64,000 nucleotides of DNA, taken from contig CAMYJA010000001.1 of the NCBI GenBank assembly GCA_947258705.1, positions 31,128 to 95,127 of the forward strand, read 5' to 3'. The translations under genes and the position numbers were made by a program. The DNA comes from an uncultured Hyphomicrobiaceae bacterium. Lineage in GTDB: Bacteria; Pseudomonadota; Alphaproteobacteria; Rhizobiales; CAMYJA01. The notes below the pieces were generated by a model. That model was not told where the DNA came from. It was given only the letters and a program-made list of their open reading frames with translations, and did no database searches. Numbering within the stretch: the stretch's first letter is position 1; each line of letters begins with the position of its first letter. This document shows positions 42,040 to 51,641 of the stretch, in pieces.

Positions 42040-42423
42040 TTCAAATATCGCAAATTATTCCGGCTCCGGCTCCGGCCCCGCACTGCAAATGTCCGGACCA
42101 GCCGCTCAAAAAAGTCATTAATTTGATATACCGCTCGAGTCCACTGTACGAAAAGCCGCACCCTAATATTCCAGAGACAATGGATGAGCGTATGTTCTGT
42201 CCAAAGTATTCAACTATTCGAATTTTCCGTATTAAGCAAGCCGGAACCCCGTCCCAATTTGGACTTAATCCTGCTGTGACTAATATACCCACCACCAATT
42301 TTCCGCTAGTACAGGTTGAAAAAGCGGCTCTAATTGCGAATTCAGTTCCTTGATTGTTTTGCTCGCCACGAGAATCCAGGTCAAGAGACGGTCAAAATCA
42401 GATAAATTTCCGAGCGAGACTCA

Positions 42424-43020
42424 ATGATCACCAAAACCAACAATCCAATTCCCGGCACCGCAGTCGGTTTCCGGCCGGATAATCGCAACAGCCGATGCAG
42501 CCGTCAGGTAAAACAAAGTCGCTCAATATGGCGGATATGCCTAGTCGTAATGGTCGTTGCGTTCGCATGCCCGCCCACCCCATCCTCCGCTCAGGAAGGC
42601 AACGTCAAGGCGCAATATGGCGAATGGCAGGTCGTCTGCAAGAAGCCTGCGGGAGCTAAAAAAGAGATCTGCGCAGCGGTTCAAAGCGTTACGGCTGAAA
42701 ACCGGCCCAATGTGGGCCTGACCGTTTACCTTCAGAAATTCTCGGACGGCAAACAGGTGATCAGAGTTTTCGCACCGCTCGGCATTTTATTGCCAACCGG
42801 GATCGGACTGAAAATAGACGAAAAAGATGTCGGTCATGCACCCTTTTTGAGATGCCACAGCTTCGCCTGCTACGCTCAGGTCACGGCAGACGACAAACTC
42901 CTGTCGAAGCTGGCCAATGGCAAAACTGCGATGTTTATTATTTTTCAGACTGAAGAGGCCGGCATCGGCATTCCGGTTTCTCTGAACGGTTTAAAGACCG
43001 CGATGAAATCTCTGCAATGA
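42424..43020 (+). CDS. ialB: Invasion-associated locus B (IalB) family protein
   Basis: Secreted protein with 'YGEWQVVCKKPAGAKKEICAAVQSV', 'VFAPLGILLPTGIGLKID' and 'FLRCHSFACYAQV', matching the IalB-family Cys/Trp pattern as I remember it. Confidence 0.75.
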   Translation: MITKTNNPIPGTAVGFRPDNRNSRCSRQVKQSRSIWRICLVVMVVAFACPPTPSSAQEGNVKAQYGEWQVVCKKPAGAKKEICAAVQSVTAENRPNVGLTVYLQKFSDGKQVIRVFAPLGILLPTGIGLKIDEKDVGHAPFLRCHSFACYAQVTADDKLLSKLANGKTAMFIIFQTEEAGIGIPVSLNGLKTAMKSLQ

Positions 43021-43121
43021 ATATTTAGGCCGCAACGTCCAGCAATACACGGATCTGGCACTTGGCTTGCCGACCGATGCCGTTCGAATTGACTGGCCTC
43101 CAAAAAATACCATCAAGGAAG

Positions 43122-43847
43122 CTACTGCAAGGCGAGGCAGCTGCGGAGTCTTTGCTCACGTGAGTTGGTATCATCGCGCGCCGTACCCCAGCTTGTATTA
43201 CGGCAATGAACCACATGTCTGCGGCGATTAGTCGTCCAGCGCGAGCCCTTAAATCCGCATCCGGCCCTTGCATTGGTTTTCGCCTGTTCAACGGCAATTC
43301 GGGCATAATGATTGCAGCGCTTCTTCCTCGAATTCCCCGCATGGCTCACGCAATTATTGATCATCCGTGCACGCTGCCGTGTTTCCTCATTCGGCTCGCT
43401 CCGGTCTACACGCATACAGAACTGATAATGTGGCGAATAATCCGCATTCCACCGCGCGCCTCGAAAGCCGCAGCGGTTTCTAAGATTCTGCTCCTGCGCC
43501 CGAACGGCTTCCGTAGCATAATCGGAACAAAATTGCCGTCTGCCATCGCCTCCGGCAGCTCGCCTTTTAACGCCCGATACACAGCAATTGTTGCGTACGC
43601 TTCGACCTGCCATGTATTTCAACCGGCATTGTCGGTTCGAGCGGATAAAAGTCCACGCCTTGCATCTCGGGTCGCCGTTGCACGCACGCTCGCATGCGCC
43701 CCAGCCTTGGGCACGGCCAACCTGAAAAATATCGTAATCACCCGCATGAATGATGCGATTTCTCTGCTCGGCATTGCCACCGGCGACCTGGAGGGCCAGA
43801 AAAATCGGACCGGCCAGGGCAAACATCGCAATTCTCGATAGACGCAT
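43122..43847 (-). CDS. Secreted PAN/Apple-domain protein with two Cys-rich C-terminal repeats
   Basis: Signal peptide 'MRLSRIAMFALAGPIFLALQVAGGNA'. PAN-like 'CERACNGDPRCKAWTFIRSNRQCRLKY'. Two repeats (aa 107-166 and 178-237) with Cys spacing C-x18-C-x17-C-x21-C and core 'CGF.G.RW'. Confidence 0.7.
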   Translation of the reverse strand: MRLSRIAMFALAGPIFLALQVAGGNAEQRNRIIHAGDYDIFQVGRAQGWGACERACNGDPRCKAWTFIRSNRQCRLKYMAGRSVRNNCCVSGVKRRAAGGDGRRQFCSDYATEAVRAQEQNLRNRCGFRGARWNADYSPHYQFCMRVDRSEPNEETRQRARMINNCVSHAGNSRKKRCNHYARIAVEQAKTNARAGCGFKGSRWTTNRRRHVVHCRNTSWGTARDDTNSREQRLRSCLALQ

Positions 43848-43989
43848 TTAATTTTCTCCCGATGGACAAGGCTTTATATTCCCGCCCTTTGTCAAGTTCA
43901 CTTCTTACCATGTCGGCACCATATAAAAGATCGGCGCCCGAAATATCAGCATCCAGCTTACGCGCTCTATGGCGCAACCGTCAGAGAGA

Positions 43990-44976
43990 CTAGAACTTGA
44001 ATATCTTTTTCCATCCCCTTCGCTTTTTACAGCGTTTGATCTGGTTGTTCATCACTGCCAGTCGTTGAGACCGCTCCGGCGGGCGGGCGCTCCGGCACCA
44101 GTCATACTGAAGGTCGTAATTGTCGTTCCAGACGTCGGACGATAGCCCGCATCGGTATCTGACACTTCTCGCATAGTGATTGATCGCTGCCTTTGAGAAA
44201 TCGTCACACGCATTGTCGCGGACACCGCCACCTCGCATCATGCATCGGCGCAGGCGATCCTCGCGTTTTTCAAATTTGGATAAATTATATAGCGATCGCC
44301 GGCCACGTGCCGACAACTCATCTTGGCACATTTCAATCTGGCGATTGAGCGACGTATTCCAGTAACGCCCGCTGAATCCGCATCGATTATTTATGTTTGT
44401 TCGACTTTGCTGCACTGCAAGCCGTGCCAGATGACCACAACGTACGCGGCGACGCGCCTGCTGTTGTTGATCGCATTGTTTAAGCTTGCGCGTCCTGACG
44501 CGCAATTGCCGCTGCCGCTCCAGCCGCCTGACATCCATGCAATAATCGAAATGACGGTTGAAATTGACATGCCATTGCTGTCCGCGAAATCCGCATCTCT
44601 CCGCCAGGTTTCGATTACCTTGTTCAACCGCCTGTTCGGCATAATTTGCGCATCTTGCGCGTTTTCCGCCACCGGCGCGCACACCATCGCCCTTAACGCC
44701 CGACACGCAACAATTGGAGGCAACGCTGCGCGGAACCATATATTTCAGCCGACATTGTTTTGTTCGCCTGATAAAGGTCCACGACCGGCAGCGGCCGTCT
44801 TGTTCGCATGTCCTGTCGCATTGCCGCGCATTATTTGTGGTGATGTAACTGTAATCGCCGCCCCAGCGGGCTGTGTTGGTTTGCCCGGATGCAGGTATAA
44901 CCAGAAATCCCATTGTCAGGAGCGAGACGAGACCCCCTAATACTCCGCCCCTAAAACAACCGTACTGAATCCTCAC
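43990..44976 (-). CDS. Secreted PAN/Apple-domain protein with three Cys-rich C-terminal repeats (paralog of 43122..43847)
   Basis: Hydrophobic N-terminus 'GVLGGLVSLLTMGFLVIPASG'. PAN-like 'CDRTCEQDGRCRSWTFIRRTKQCRLKY'. Three repeats (aa 109-168, 180-245, 257-316) with the same Cys spacing as the downstream paralog. Confidence 0.7.
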   Translation of the reverse strand: MRIQYGCFRGGVLGGLVSLLTMGFLVIPASGQTNTARWGGDYSYITTNNARQCDRTCEQDGRCRSWTFIRRTKQCRLKYMVPRSVASNCCVSGVKGDGVRAGGGKRARCANYAEQAVEQGNRNLAERCGFRGQQWHVNFNRHFDYCMDVRRLERQRQLRVRTRKLKQCDQQQQARRRVRCGHLARLAVQQSRTNINNRCGFSGRYWNTSLNRQIEMCQDELSARGRRSLYNLSKFEKREDRLRRCMMRGGGVRDNACDDFSKAAINHYARSVRYRCGLSSDVWNDNYDLQYDWCRSARPPERSQRLAVMNNQIKRCKKRRGWKKIFKF

Positions 44977-45234
44977 AAGGACCTCCCTGAGTCTTTATTC
45001 TTACCGGCGCAACAGTGCTGCGCGTAAAATTTATCGATTGCAGCGCCAAAATTAATGCATGATTACCTATCACCGTCAATTTGATTTATACAAACAATTT
45101 GACGTGACCATGGCATCAAATCCCGCCGTTATTTTGCATTATTGATCACCTGTCGGAATAGTCGCATATCAACATCAACCGACCCGACGAACCTGCACGA
45201 TCTGCGCAATTGACAAAATGAAAGCTCAATAATT

Positions 45235-46662
45235 ATGGGTGAAGGTCGATCCAGGACCCGAAAGGACGGTGCCTTCACGCAGGGCTCGACCATGCGCCAC
45301 ATACTTGTGCTGACCGCAACGTCTTCGGTCGGACTGATGGCGCTCTTTCTGGTCGATCTGGCGGATTTGTATTTCCTCAGTCTGCTGGGTGAGGTCGAAG
45401 TCGCTGCCGCGATCGGCTATGCCGGATCCATTCTCTTCTTCACGGTATCGGTTGGTATCGGCCTATCGATCGCCGCAAGCGCTCTGGTGGCCCGGGCATT
45501 GGGAGAACGCATAATTTCAAAAGCGCGGCGTTTCACGACCCATTCCCTTTTATTCGCGGCATCAATTTCCTTGCTCATCGCGATTGTCGTCTGGATCTTC
45601 GTCCCGGAGCTGCTCGAGCTTCTTGGCGCCGAGGGCCACACGCATAAATTGGCTGCGAGCTATTTAAGGATCATCATTCCGGCAATGCCGATATTGGCTA
45701 TGGGAATATGCGCCTCTGCGATACTTCGTGCACTGGGTGACGCTAAACGGTCAATGTATGTGACCCTGGCCGGCGGTATCACCAATGCTGTCCTCGATCC
45801 CTTGTTTATTTTCACCTTTGGCCTCGGCGTCGACGGCGCTGCATGGGCCTCGGTCATTGCTCGCTTCAGCGTTTTCGGTGTCGGACTTTATGGTCTGATT
45901 AAGCACCACCGTGCACTATCGAAACCAAAGCCGCACGCCTTTACAAACGATGCCCTGGTAATCAGCAGGATCGCATTTCCGGCAATTCTCACAAACATCG
46001 CAACACCGATCGGCAATGCTTATGTCACATATGCCATTGCGGCCTTTGGTGACAGTGCAGTTGCCGGCTGGGCGATCATCGGGCGTATAATTCCTTTCGC
46101 GTTCGCCGGAATTTTCTCTTTGTCCGGTGCGATTGGACCGGTAATCGGTCAGAACCTGGGCGCCCGGCTTTACCAAAGAGTGAAACAATCTCTGGGGAAC
46201 GCGCTTTTGTTCACGGCTGTTTATACGCTGATCGCCTGGATATTACTTGCCGCGTTGAGCTCACAAATTGTCACGCTGTTCGACATGAGCGGTGAGGCGG
46301 CAAATCTTATCGAACTGTTCTGCTTTTGGCTCAGTCCGTTTTTTGTTTTCTTTGGAGCCATGTACGTCACCAACGCGGCTTTCAACAATCTTGGCCGCGC
46401 ACATTACTCAACAATATTCAATTGGGGGCGCGCGACCTTGGGCACCATACCGTTCGTCTACCTGGGCGGACTCTATTTCGGCCCGATTGGCACGATCGGC
46501 GGAAACATGACAGGGGCGCTGTTTTTTGGCGTAGCCTCGGTAATCGTCTGCTATCGATTGATCAGGCGTATCGAATTGCAGGATCAAGCGGCAGACGTGC
46601 CGTCATTACCCCAGACAATCCGGCGCATTCCATTATGGCCTTTTTCAACACCGCGTGGATGA
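45235..46662 (+). CDS. MATE-family efflux transporter
   Basis: 475 aa with about 12 hydrophobic helices. The N-terminal 'FTQGS..RHILVLTATSSVGLMALFLVDLADLYFLSLLG' and the internal duplication are typical of MATE/NorM-like exporters. Confidence 0.85.
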   Translation: MGEGRSRTRKDGAFTQGSTMRHILVLTATSSVGLMALFLVDLADLYFLSLLGEVEVAAAIGYAGSILFFTVSVGIGLSIAASALVARALGERIISKARRFTTHSLLFAASISLLIAIVVWIFVPELLELLGAEGHTHKLAASYLRIIIPAMPILAMGICASAILRALGDAKRSMYVTLAGGITNAVLDPLFIFTFGLGVDGAAWASVIARFSVFGVGLYGLIKHHRALSKPKPHAFTNDALVISRIAFPAILTNIATPIGNAYVTYAIAAFGDSAVAGWAIIGRIIPFAFAGIFSLSGAIGPVIGQNLGARLYQRVKQSLGNALLFTAVYTLIAWILLAALSSQIVTLFDMSGEAANLIELFCFWLSPFFVFFGAMYVTNAAFNNLGRAHYSTIFNWGRATLGTIPFVYLGGLYFGPIGTIGGNMTGALFFGVASVIVCYRLIRRIELQDQAADVPSLPQTIRRIPLWPFSTPRG

Positions 46663-46744
46663 GAGAATGGTCGAACCGTCCCCTCGAGCCCGGGGGCTCC
46701 GGGGAAGAAGTACCTGAACGTTCCTCAAGTCAAAATATATAGGT

Positions 46745-46951
46745 CTATTTGCCGACGGCGAATGTTATTTTGACATTGACGCGATAAATGGTGAGCTTGC
46801 CTGTCTTGCCTACACTGGCGCTCATATCCTTTACCCAGACGGACTTGATATTGTTCACAGTCTTCGACGCTTGCCTGACCGCGATCTGGGTAGCGTCTTC
46901 CCAGCTCTTTTTTGACTCTGCAAGAATTTCAATAACTTTATGGACGGCCAT
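46745..46951 (-). CDS. Dodecin-family flavin-binding protein
   Basis: 68 aa, 'VHKVIEILAESKKSWEDATQIAVRQASKTVNNIKSVWVKDMSA...YRVNVKITF' matches the dodecin pattern. A strong RBS (AAGGAG) lies 7 nt upstream of the ATG. Confidence 0.8.
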   Translation of the reverse strand: MAVHKVIEILAESKKSWEDATQIAVRQASKTVNNIKSVWVKDMSASVGKTGKLTIYRVNVKITFAVGK

Positions 46952-47223
46952 AACCTACTCCTTAATACGTACAGTGATGAATTTACCTGAGAGAGTGTCA
47001 TACCGATATTACAGTTAACAGCGACAATCGCAACAATTGATCCCGAAAGAAGATTAATATTCATCTTGTACAGCACCAGATCATGCGCGAAAACTGACGC
47101 TGGCCGCGCACAAAGAACCTGACTCAGTTATCAAGACCGAAAACGATAGCGCGGCAGTGACAATGGCCTTACCGAAGACTGAGCACTTCACAATGCTGGA
47201 TGTCGTCATCGATGGAATAGAAA

Positions 47224-47976
47224 ATGAACAATTTACCACCGCTCTATGACCAGCTCAGACAGGCGCAGGGGGGCAGACTCCTGGAAGGCCTTGCAGATCA
47301 GTTCGGCCTGAGCGAACGCGATGCTGAAAATGCAGTCCGCATAATAATGCCTGAGCTCACGCAAGCCCTCGGACGCAACATATCGAGTGACGAGGGATTG
47401 ACCGCTCTGCTCAAAGCGCTTGCCAGCGGCAATCACTCAAAATATCTCGACAATCCCGATATATTCCGTGACGGCGCCGTGTTGGATGACGGTAATGCCA
47501 TTCTCGGTCACTTGCTGGGCAGCAAGAGTAAAAGCAGATCCGTCGCCGCGCGCGCAGCGGCTGACAGCGGTATTGGCGAAGCGATCCTGCGCCAAATCCT
47601 TCCCTATCTTGCATCGCTCCTAATGGCCTGGCTCTCAAGGCAAGGTCAGGGAGGCGGAGGTGGTGAACGCACAGACTATCCGTCAGGAGGCCGAACTCAG
47701 GAGTTCAGTGATGTTCTGGAGGATTTGTCAAACATCACCCAGCAAAAAACCGGCGGCCCGCCGTCGGCCGAGCAGAGCCGGAATCCCTATATCGATCTAT
47801 CCGACGTCCTGAGTGAAAAGAGAGCGGGAAACAAGACCATAGCCGGTAAAATTCGAGACAGCCTGGGCTCAGCCATCGGAACAGGAGGAAAGGGTATAAT
47901 CGGTTGGATAATTAGTGCGCTAATCTGGCGTTATGGATGGCGCTTCGTTAGGCATTTTCTCAAGCGAATATTTTGA
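47224..47976 (+). CDS. DUF937-family protein with Gly-rich linker and C-terminal hydrophobic segment
   Basis: 'LADQFGLSERDAENAV..IMPEL' and 'GNAILGHLLGSK' resemble DUF937. 'GIIGWIISALIWRYGW' is a possible C-terminal membrane anchor. Confidence 0.6.
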   Translation: MNNLPPLYDQLRQAQGGRLLEGLADQFGLSERDAENAVRIIMPELTQALGRNISSDEGLTALLKALASGNHSKYLDNPDIFRDGAVLDDGNAILGHLLGSKSKSRSVAARAAADSGIGEAILRQILPYLASLLMAWLSRQGQGGGGGERTDYPSGGRTQEFSDVLEDLSNITQQKTGGPPSAEQSRNPYIDLSDVLSEKRAGNKTIAGKIRDSLGSAIGTGGKGIIGWIISALIWRYGWRFVRHFLKRIF

Positions 47977-48032
47977 AAAGATCCGAGTGAAAGCAAAATT
48001 TCTCTTCGACATCAGAGACAGGGCTGTTCTGG

Positions 48033-49412
48033 TTAGAACGCGTAATCACGGAACAGATGATCGATATCCCCCTGCCATTCATTTTCATATCGATCAAGCA
48101 ATTCTTCCGCCTGTGTACGCCCTGAAGCGACAATGTTTTCAAGAGGTGAAAGGAACAGGCTTTCATCATTACAAAGCGTATCGAGCCGGTTTCTGTTCTT
48201 CAATCCCTGCCGCGACAGATCTATGAGATCCCTTGAAATTTCCAGAACGCTCCGTCCTCTGATTGACGCCTTGAGCGCCAGATGAGGAACATCGTCACGC
48301 AATTTCTGCCTCTCATCGGCGCTCCATTCGCGAATGAGCTCATAAGCGCTATCAAGTGCCGATTGGTCATAAAGCAAACCCACCCAGAACGCGGGCAACG
48401 CACACAAATTGCGCCAGGAGCCGCCATCCGCCCCGCGCATTTCAAGAAAGCGCTTTAGCCTGACTTCCGGGAAAATCGTGGTGAGGTGATTAGACCAATC
48501 GTCGAGGCTGGGCCTCTCGCCGGGCAATGCTTCGAGTTTGCCGGCCATGAAGTCCTTGAACGACAAGCCTGCAACATCGATATACCGCCCGTCGCGATAA
48601 ACAAAATACATCGGCACATCGAGCGCATAATCCACATAACGCTCAAATCCCATGCCCTCTTCGAATACAAAAGGCAGCATGCCGGTACGGTCGGAATCCG
48701 TATCCTTCCATATTTGACTGCGATAGGATAAAAATCCGTTCGGCTTTCCTTCCTTGAATGGAGAATTTGCAAAGAGCGCTGTCGCAATCGGTTGCAACGC
48801 CAGCGAAACACGAAGTTTCTTCACCATATCCGCTTCGTTTGAGAAATCGAGATTAACCTGAACGGTAGTCGTTCGGTACATCATATCGAGACCGAGGGAT
48901 CCAACTTTCGGCATATAGGACGACATGACGTCATATCGGCCTTTCGGCATTCTCGGTGTCTCAGCCAATGACCATTTTGGCGAGAATCCCAGGCCCAGAA
49001 ATCCAATTCCTAAATCTCCGCCGATTTCCTGCGCCTGTTTGAGGTGACGATGAACCTCCTCGCAAGTCTTGTGTATCGAGCTGAGCGGTGCTCCGGAAAG
49101 CTCAAACTGCCCGCCCGGCTCGAGAGAAATATTTCCTCCGATTTCACCGGATTCGGCTTCGAGCCCGATAATATTCGCCCCCTCCATGACGGGAATCCAA
49201 TCGAAACGCGAGGCCATTTCTTCGAGAAGCCTGCGGACCCCAATCTCACCCTCATATTGGATCGGCATGAGTGTCCGGGAATTGAAGCTGAATTTTTCAT
49301 GTTCCGTACCGATACGCCAGTCAGCAGCCGGTTTGTTTCCGGCCTCAAGCCATTGTGCAAGTTCATCGCGCGATGAGATGATCGGGCTTGCCTCCAGTTG
49401 GAGAGATGACAT
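48033..49412 (-). CDS. gshA: Glutamate--cysteine ligase, plant/alphaproteobacterial type (GCS2 family)
   Basis: 459 aa. 'RIGTEHEKF', 'ISLEPGGQFELSGAPL', 'MYRTTTVQVNLDF' and 'RFLEMRGADGG' are the type-2 GshA signatures. Confidence 0.9.
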   Translation of the reverse strand: MSSLQLEASPIISSRDELAQWLEAGNKPAADWRIGTEHEKFSFNSRTLMPIQYEGEIGVRRLLEEMASRFDWIPVMEGANIIGLEAESGEIGGNISLEPGGQFELSGAPLSSIHKTCEEVHRHLKQAQEIGGDLGIGFLGLGFSPKWSLAETPRMPKGRYDVMSSYMPKVGSLGLDMMYRTTTVQVNLDFSNEADMVKKLRVSLALQPIATALFANSPFKEGKPNGFLSYRSQIWKDTDSDRTGMLPFVFEEGMGFERYVDYALDVPMYFVYRDGRYIDVAGLSFKDFMAGKLEALPGERPSLDDWSNHLTTIFPEVRLKRFLEMRGADGGSWRNLCALPAFWVGLLYDQSALDSAYELIREWSADERQKLRDDVPHLALKASIRGRSVLEISRDLIDLSRQGLKNRNRLDTLCNDESLFLSPLENIVASGRTQAEELLDRYENEWQGDIDHLFRDYAF

Positions 49413-49548
49413 TTAGAGCTCCTGAAAAGAGTGATTGCGAATGGGCAAAACCGAAGGCCCTTAAATTACACCTATATGATCGTGCGACCGTATCTGCACA
49501 AGCCTTGCCTCATCTAAATATTGCAGGCAATCCATTTTTGATGACAGG

Positions 49549-50301
49549 TCAATAGGATGATGCGTCTTCATAATCCAGAATGGCGTTCACAAGAGCCAAT
49601 GCCGCAACGGCTGCCGTATCGGCGCGCATGACTCGCGGGCCGAGCGATATGGGAATGACAGATGGATGCCTGAGAAGACATTCCCGTTCATCGTCTCGAA
49701 ATCCCCCCTCGGGCCCGATAAGCACGGCAACAGGATGGCCCTTGATCGCCTGTAGCGCTTCGAGCGGATTTTTCAGTTTCGCCGCCTCGTCACAAAACAC
49801 AAGCCGCCGGTCTGGCTCCCAGGTAGTCAAAAGCTCTCTTAATTCCATCGGTTCGCAAACCATCGGCACACTCAAGATTCTGCATTGCTCCGCCGCCTCG
49901 ATCGTGTTCGCAACCATCCGATCAATATTGACCCGCGCAACCTGGGTGTAAGCCGTCCTGACCGGCTGTAGTTTTGAAGCACCCATTTCGGTTGCCTTTT
50001 GAATCATATAATCAAGGCGTGTGCGTTTAAGGGGTGCAAAAATATAATGAAGATCATTTGGCTGCGTTTGCTCCCTTATCCGTTCGCCAACAAGGAGCGT
50101 GCAGGCTTTTTTCTTCTTTTCGATAATTCGTGAATCCCATTCCCCGTCCCGTCCATTGAAAAGACCAACCCCGTCACCTTCTTGAAGCCTCAGTACATTC
50201 AGGAGATAATGTGCGTGCTCTTTCGAGCATGAAATACGCATCCCGTCCGCAAGCGGGTCTTTCACATAGATCCTTTGCGTCTTATAAAGGCCTTCAATCA
50301 T
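49549..50301 (-). CDS. rsmE: 16S rRNA (uracil1498-N3)-methyltransferase RsmE
   Basis: 'RIYV...HYLLNVLRL' PUA-like N-terminus and C-terminal 'IGPEGGF...E' SPOUT motif. Start is set at the ATG at 50301. The maximal ORF reaches 50343. Confidence 0.85.
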   Translation of the reverse strand: MIEGLYKTQRIYVKDPLADGMRISCSKEHAHYLLNVLRLQEGDGVGLFNGRDGEWDSRIIEKKKKACTLLVGERIREQTQPNDLHYIFAPLKRTRLDYMIQKATEMGASKLQPVRTAYTQVARVNIDRMVANTIEAAEQCRILSVPMVCEPMELRELLTTWEPDRRLVFCDEAAKLKNPLEALQAIKGHPVAVLIGPEGGFRDDERECLLRHPSVIPISLGPRVMRADTAAVAALALVNAILDYEDASSY

Positions 50302-50423
50302 CCTCACTCCCTCCGGCCAGCATGTGCACGGATACCCGCCCACATATCAGAAGCCAATGACGTGCATCACGACTATATCTGATCTATTCTCACCACCAGT
50401 CTTGCAAATCAAGAAACAACGCC

Positions 50424-51407
50424 ATGAAGGATCATGAATTGCCCCCCAGTGACGATCAGGCCGCAACGGCTCAAACCGTGCCGATTGCCGATGCCGAAAA
50501 TAATTGGGTCGAGAAAATCGCACCCTCTTTCGCGCGGCCCTATCTTCGGCTGGCGCGCATAGACCGGCCAATCGGCATCTGGCTCCTTCTTTGGCCCTGC
50601 TGGTGGTCGAGTGCGCTCGCGGCTCTGACATTCGGGGCACCCTATCCCGATCCCTGGCATCTCGCACTTTTTGCAATCGGCGCAATTGTCATGCGGTCCG
50701 CCGGCTGCACATATAACGATATCGTGGACAGGAAGGTCGATCTTCAGGTCGAACGAACAAAAGGACGCCCGATACCCTCCGGCCAGGTCACCGTCACACA
50801 GGCAAGCATTTTTCTTATTGCGCTTTGTCTTATCGGCCTGCTCGTTCTCGTGCAGTTTAATCGTTATACAATCATACTCGGCATTTTGGCCGTATTGCCC
50901 ACCGCCATTTATCCGTTCATGAAACGCCTTACTAACTGGCCCCAGGCCGTCCTCGGCATAACGTTCAATTGGGGCGCCCTGATGGGTTGGACAGCCATGA
51001 CGGGAAGTCTCGACTGGCCACCTGTCATTCTCTATCTGGGTGCAGTTTTCTGGACCATCGGCTATGACACGATCTACGCCCATCAGGACAAGGAGGACGA
51101 TGCGATCATCGGCATGAAATCGACTGCACTCACACTCGGAGACAAAACAACGACATATCTGAATGTATTCTATGCAATAACCTGGGTTGCCATTTTCATG
51201 GCAGGGGTCATGTCCGGAACCTACCTCATATTCGCAACCGCAATGGCGCTGGCAGCAATGCAACTGGTCTGGCAGGTGACCACACTCAATGTATCCGATC
51301 CCGTAAACTGTCTCATACGGTTTCGCTCAAACCGCCTGTTTGGACTGATCGTTTTCATCGGCCTCTTGGCTGACGGGGCCTTAAGGGCACTGATTGCCGG
51401 CACCTGA
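50424..51407 (+). CDS. ubiA: 4-hydroxybenzoate polyprenyltransferase
   Basis: Polytopic protein with 'GCTYNDIVDRKVDLQVERTKGRPIPSG' and a second Asp-rich motif 'YAHQDKEDD'. Confidence 0.9.
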   Translation: MKDHELPPSDDQAATAQTVPIADAENNWVEKIAPSFARPYLRLARIDRPIGIWLLLWPCWWSSALAALTFGAPYPDPWHLALFAIGAIVMRSAGCTYNDIVDRKVDLQVERTKGRPIPSGQVTVTQASIFLIALCLIGLLVLVQFNRYTIILGILAVLPTAIYPFMKRLTNWPQAVLGITFNWGALMGWTAMTGSLDWPPVILYLGAVFWTIGYDTIYAHQDKEDDAIIGMKSTALTLGDKTTTYLNVFYAITWVAIFMAGVMSGTYLIFATAMALAAMQLVWQVTTLNVSDPVNCLIRFRSNRLFGLIVFIGLLADGALRALIAGT

Positions 51408-51641
51408 TACCAGGCGTATTGCACCCCATGCACATCACAGGGGACATTGAAAAAACGCGGCGACCAGCTTGACCTCGTCTGAGCCTGACAATAAACGCCT
51501 TACCTATGAGCAGGCGACTGATTAACCCCGCAATTTGCGGAAAAAAATAAAACCACAACAGAACGCAGTCCTGAACGAATAAAGACATTTAGATAATTTT
51601 TTGCCACTCGATGCCAGAAACATAACGCCAGAGCGCACCTA

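Noticed and set aside
43206-44940. Two ~205-211-aa plus-strand ORFs (43206..43841 and 44323..44940) antisense to the PAN/Apple genes
   Set aside because: They are codon-aligned shadows of Arg/Cys-rich genes. The minus-strand products have signal peptides, a PAN motif and a precisely periodic Cys pattern, which supports the minus strand as coding.
44977-45234. Looked for a guanidine (ykkC/mini-ykkC) or other riboswitch upstream of the MATE exporter; noted a 7-bp stem GTGAAGG...CCTTCAC at about 45239..45279
   Set aside because: No ykkC-type conserved cores are present. The stem lies inside the probable coding N-terminus (residues align with typical MATE N-termini) and has a 27-nt loop.
50409-51263. 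284-aa minus-strand ORF antisense to ubiA
   Set aside because: This is the same shadow-ORF effect. The product is Cys/His/Gly-rich and low in complexity, and the ubiA strand carries the NDxxDxxxD prenyltransferase motifs.
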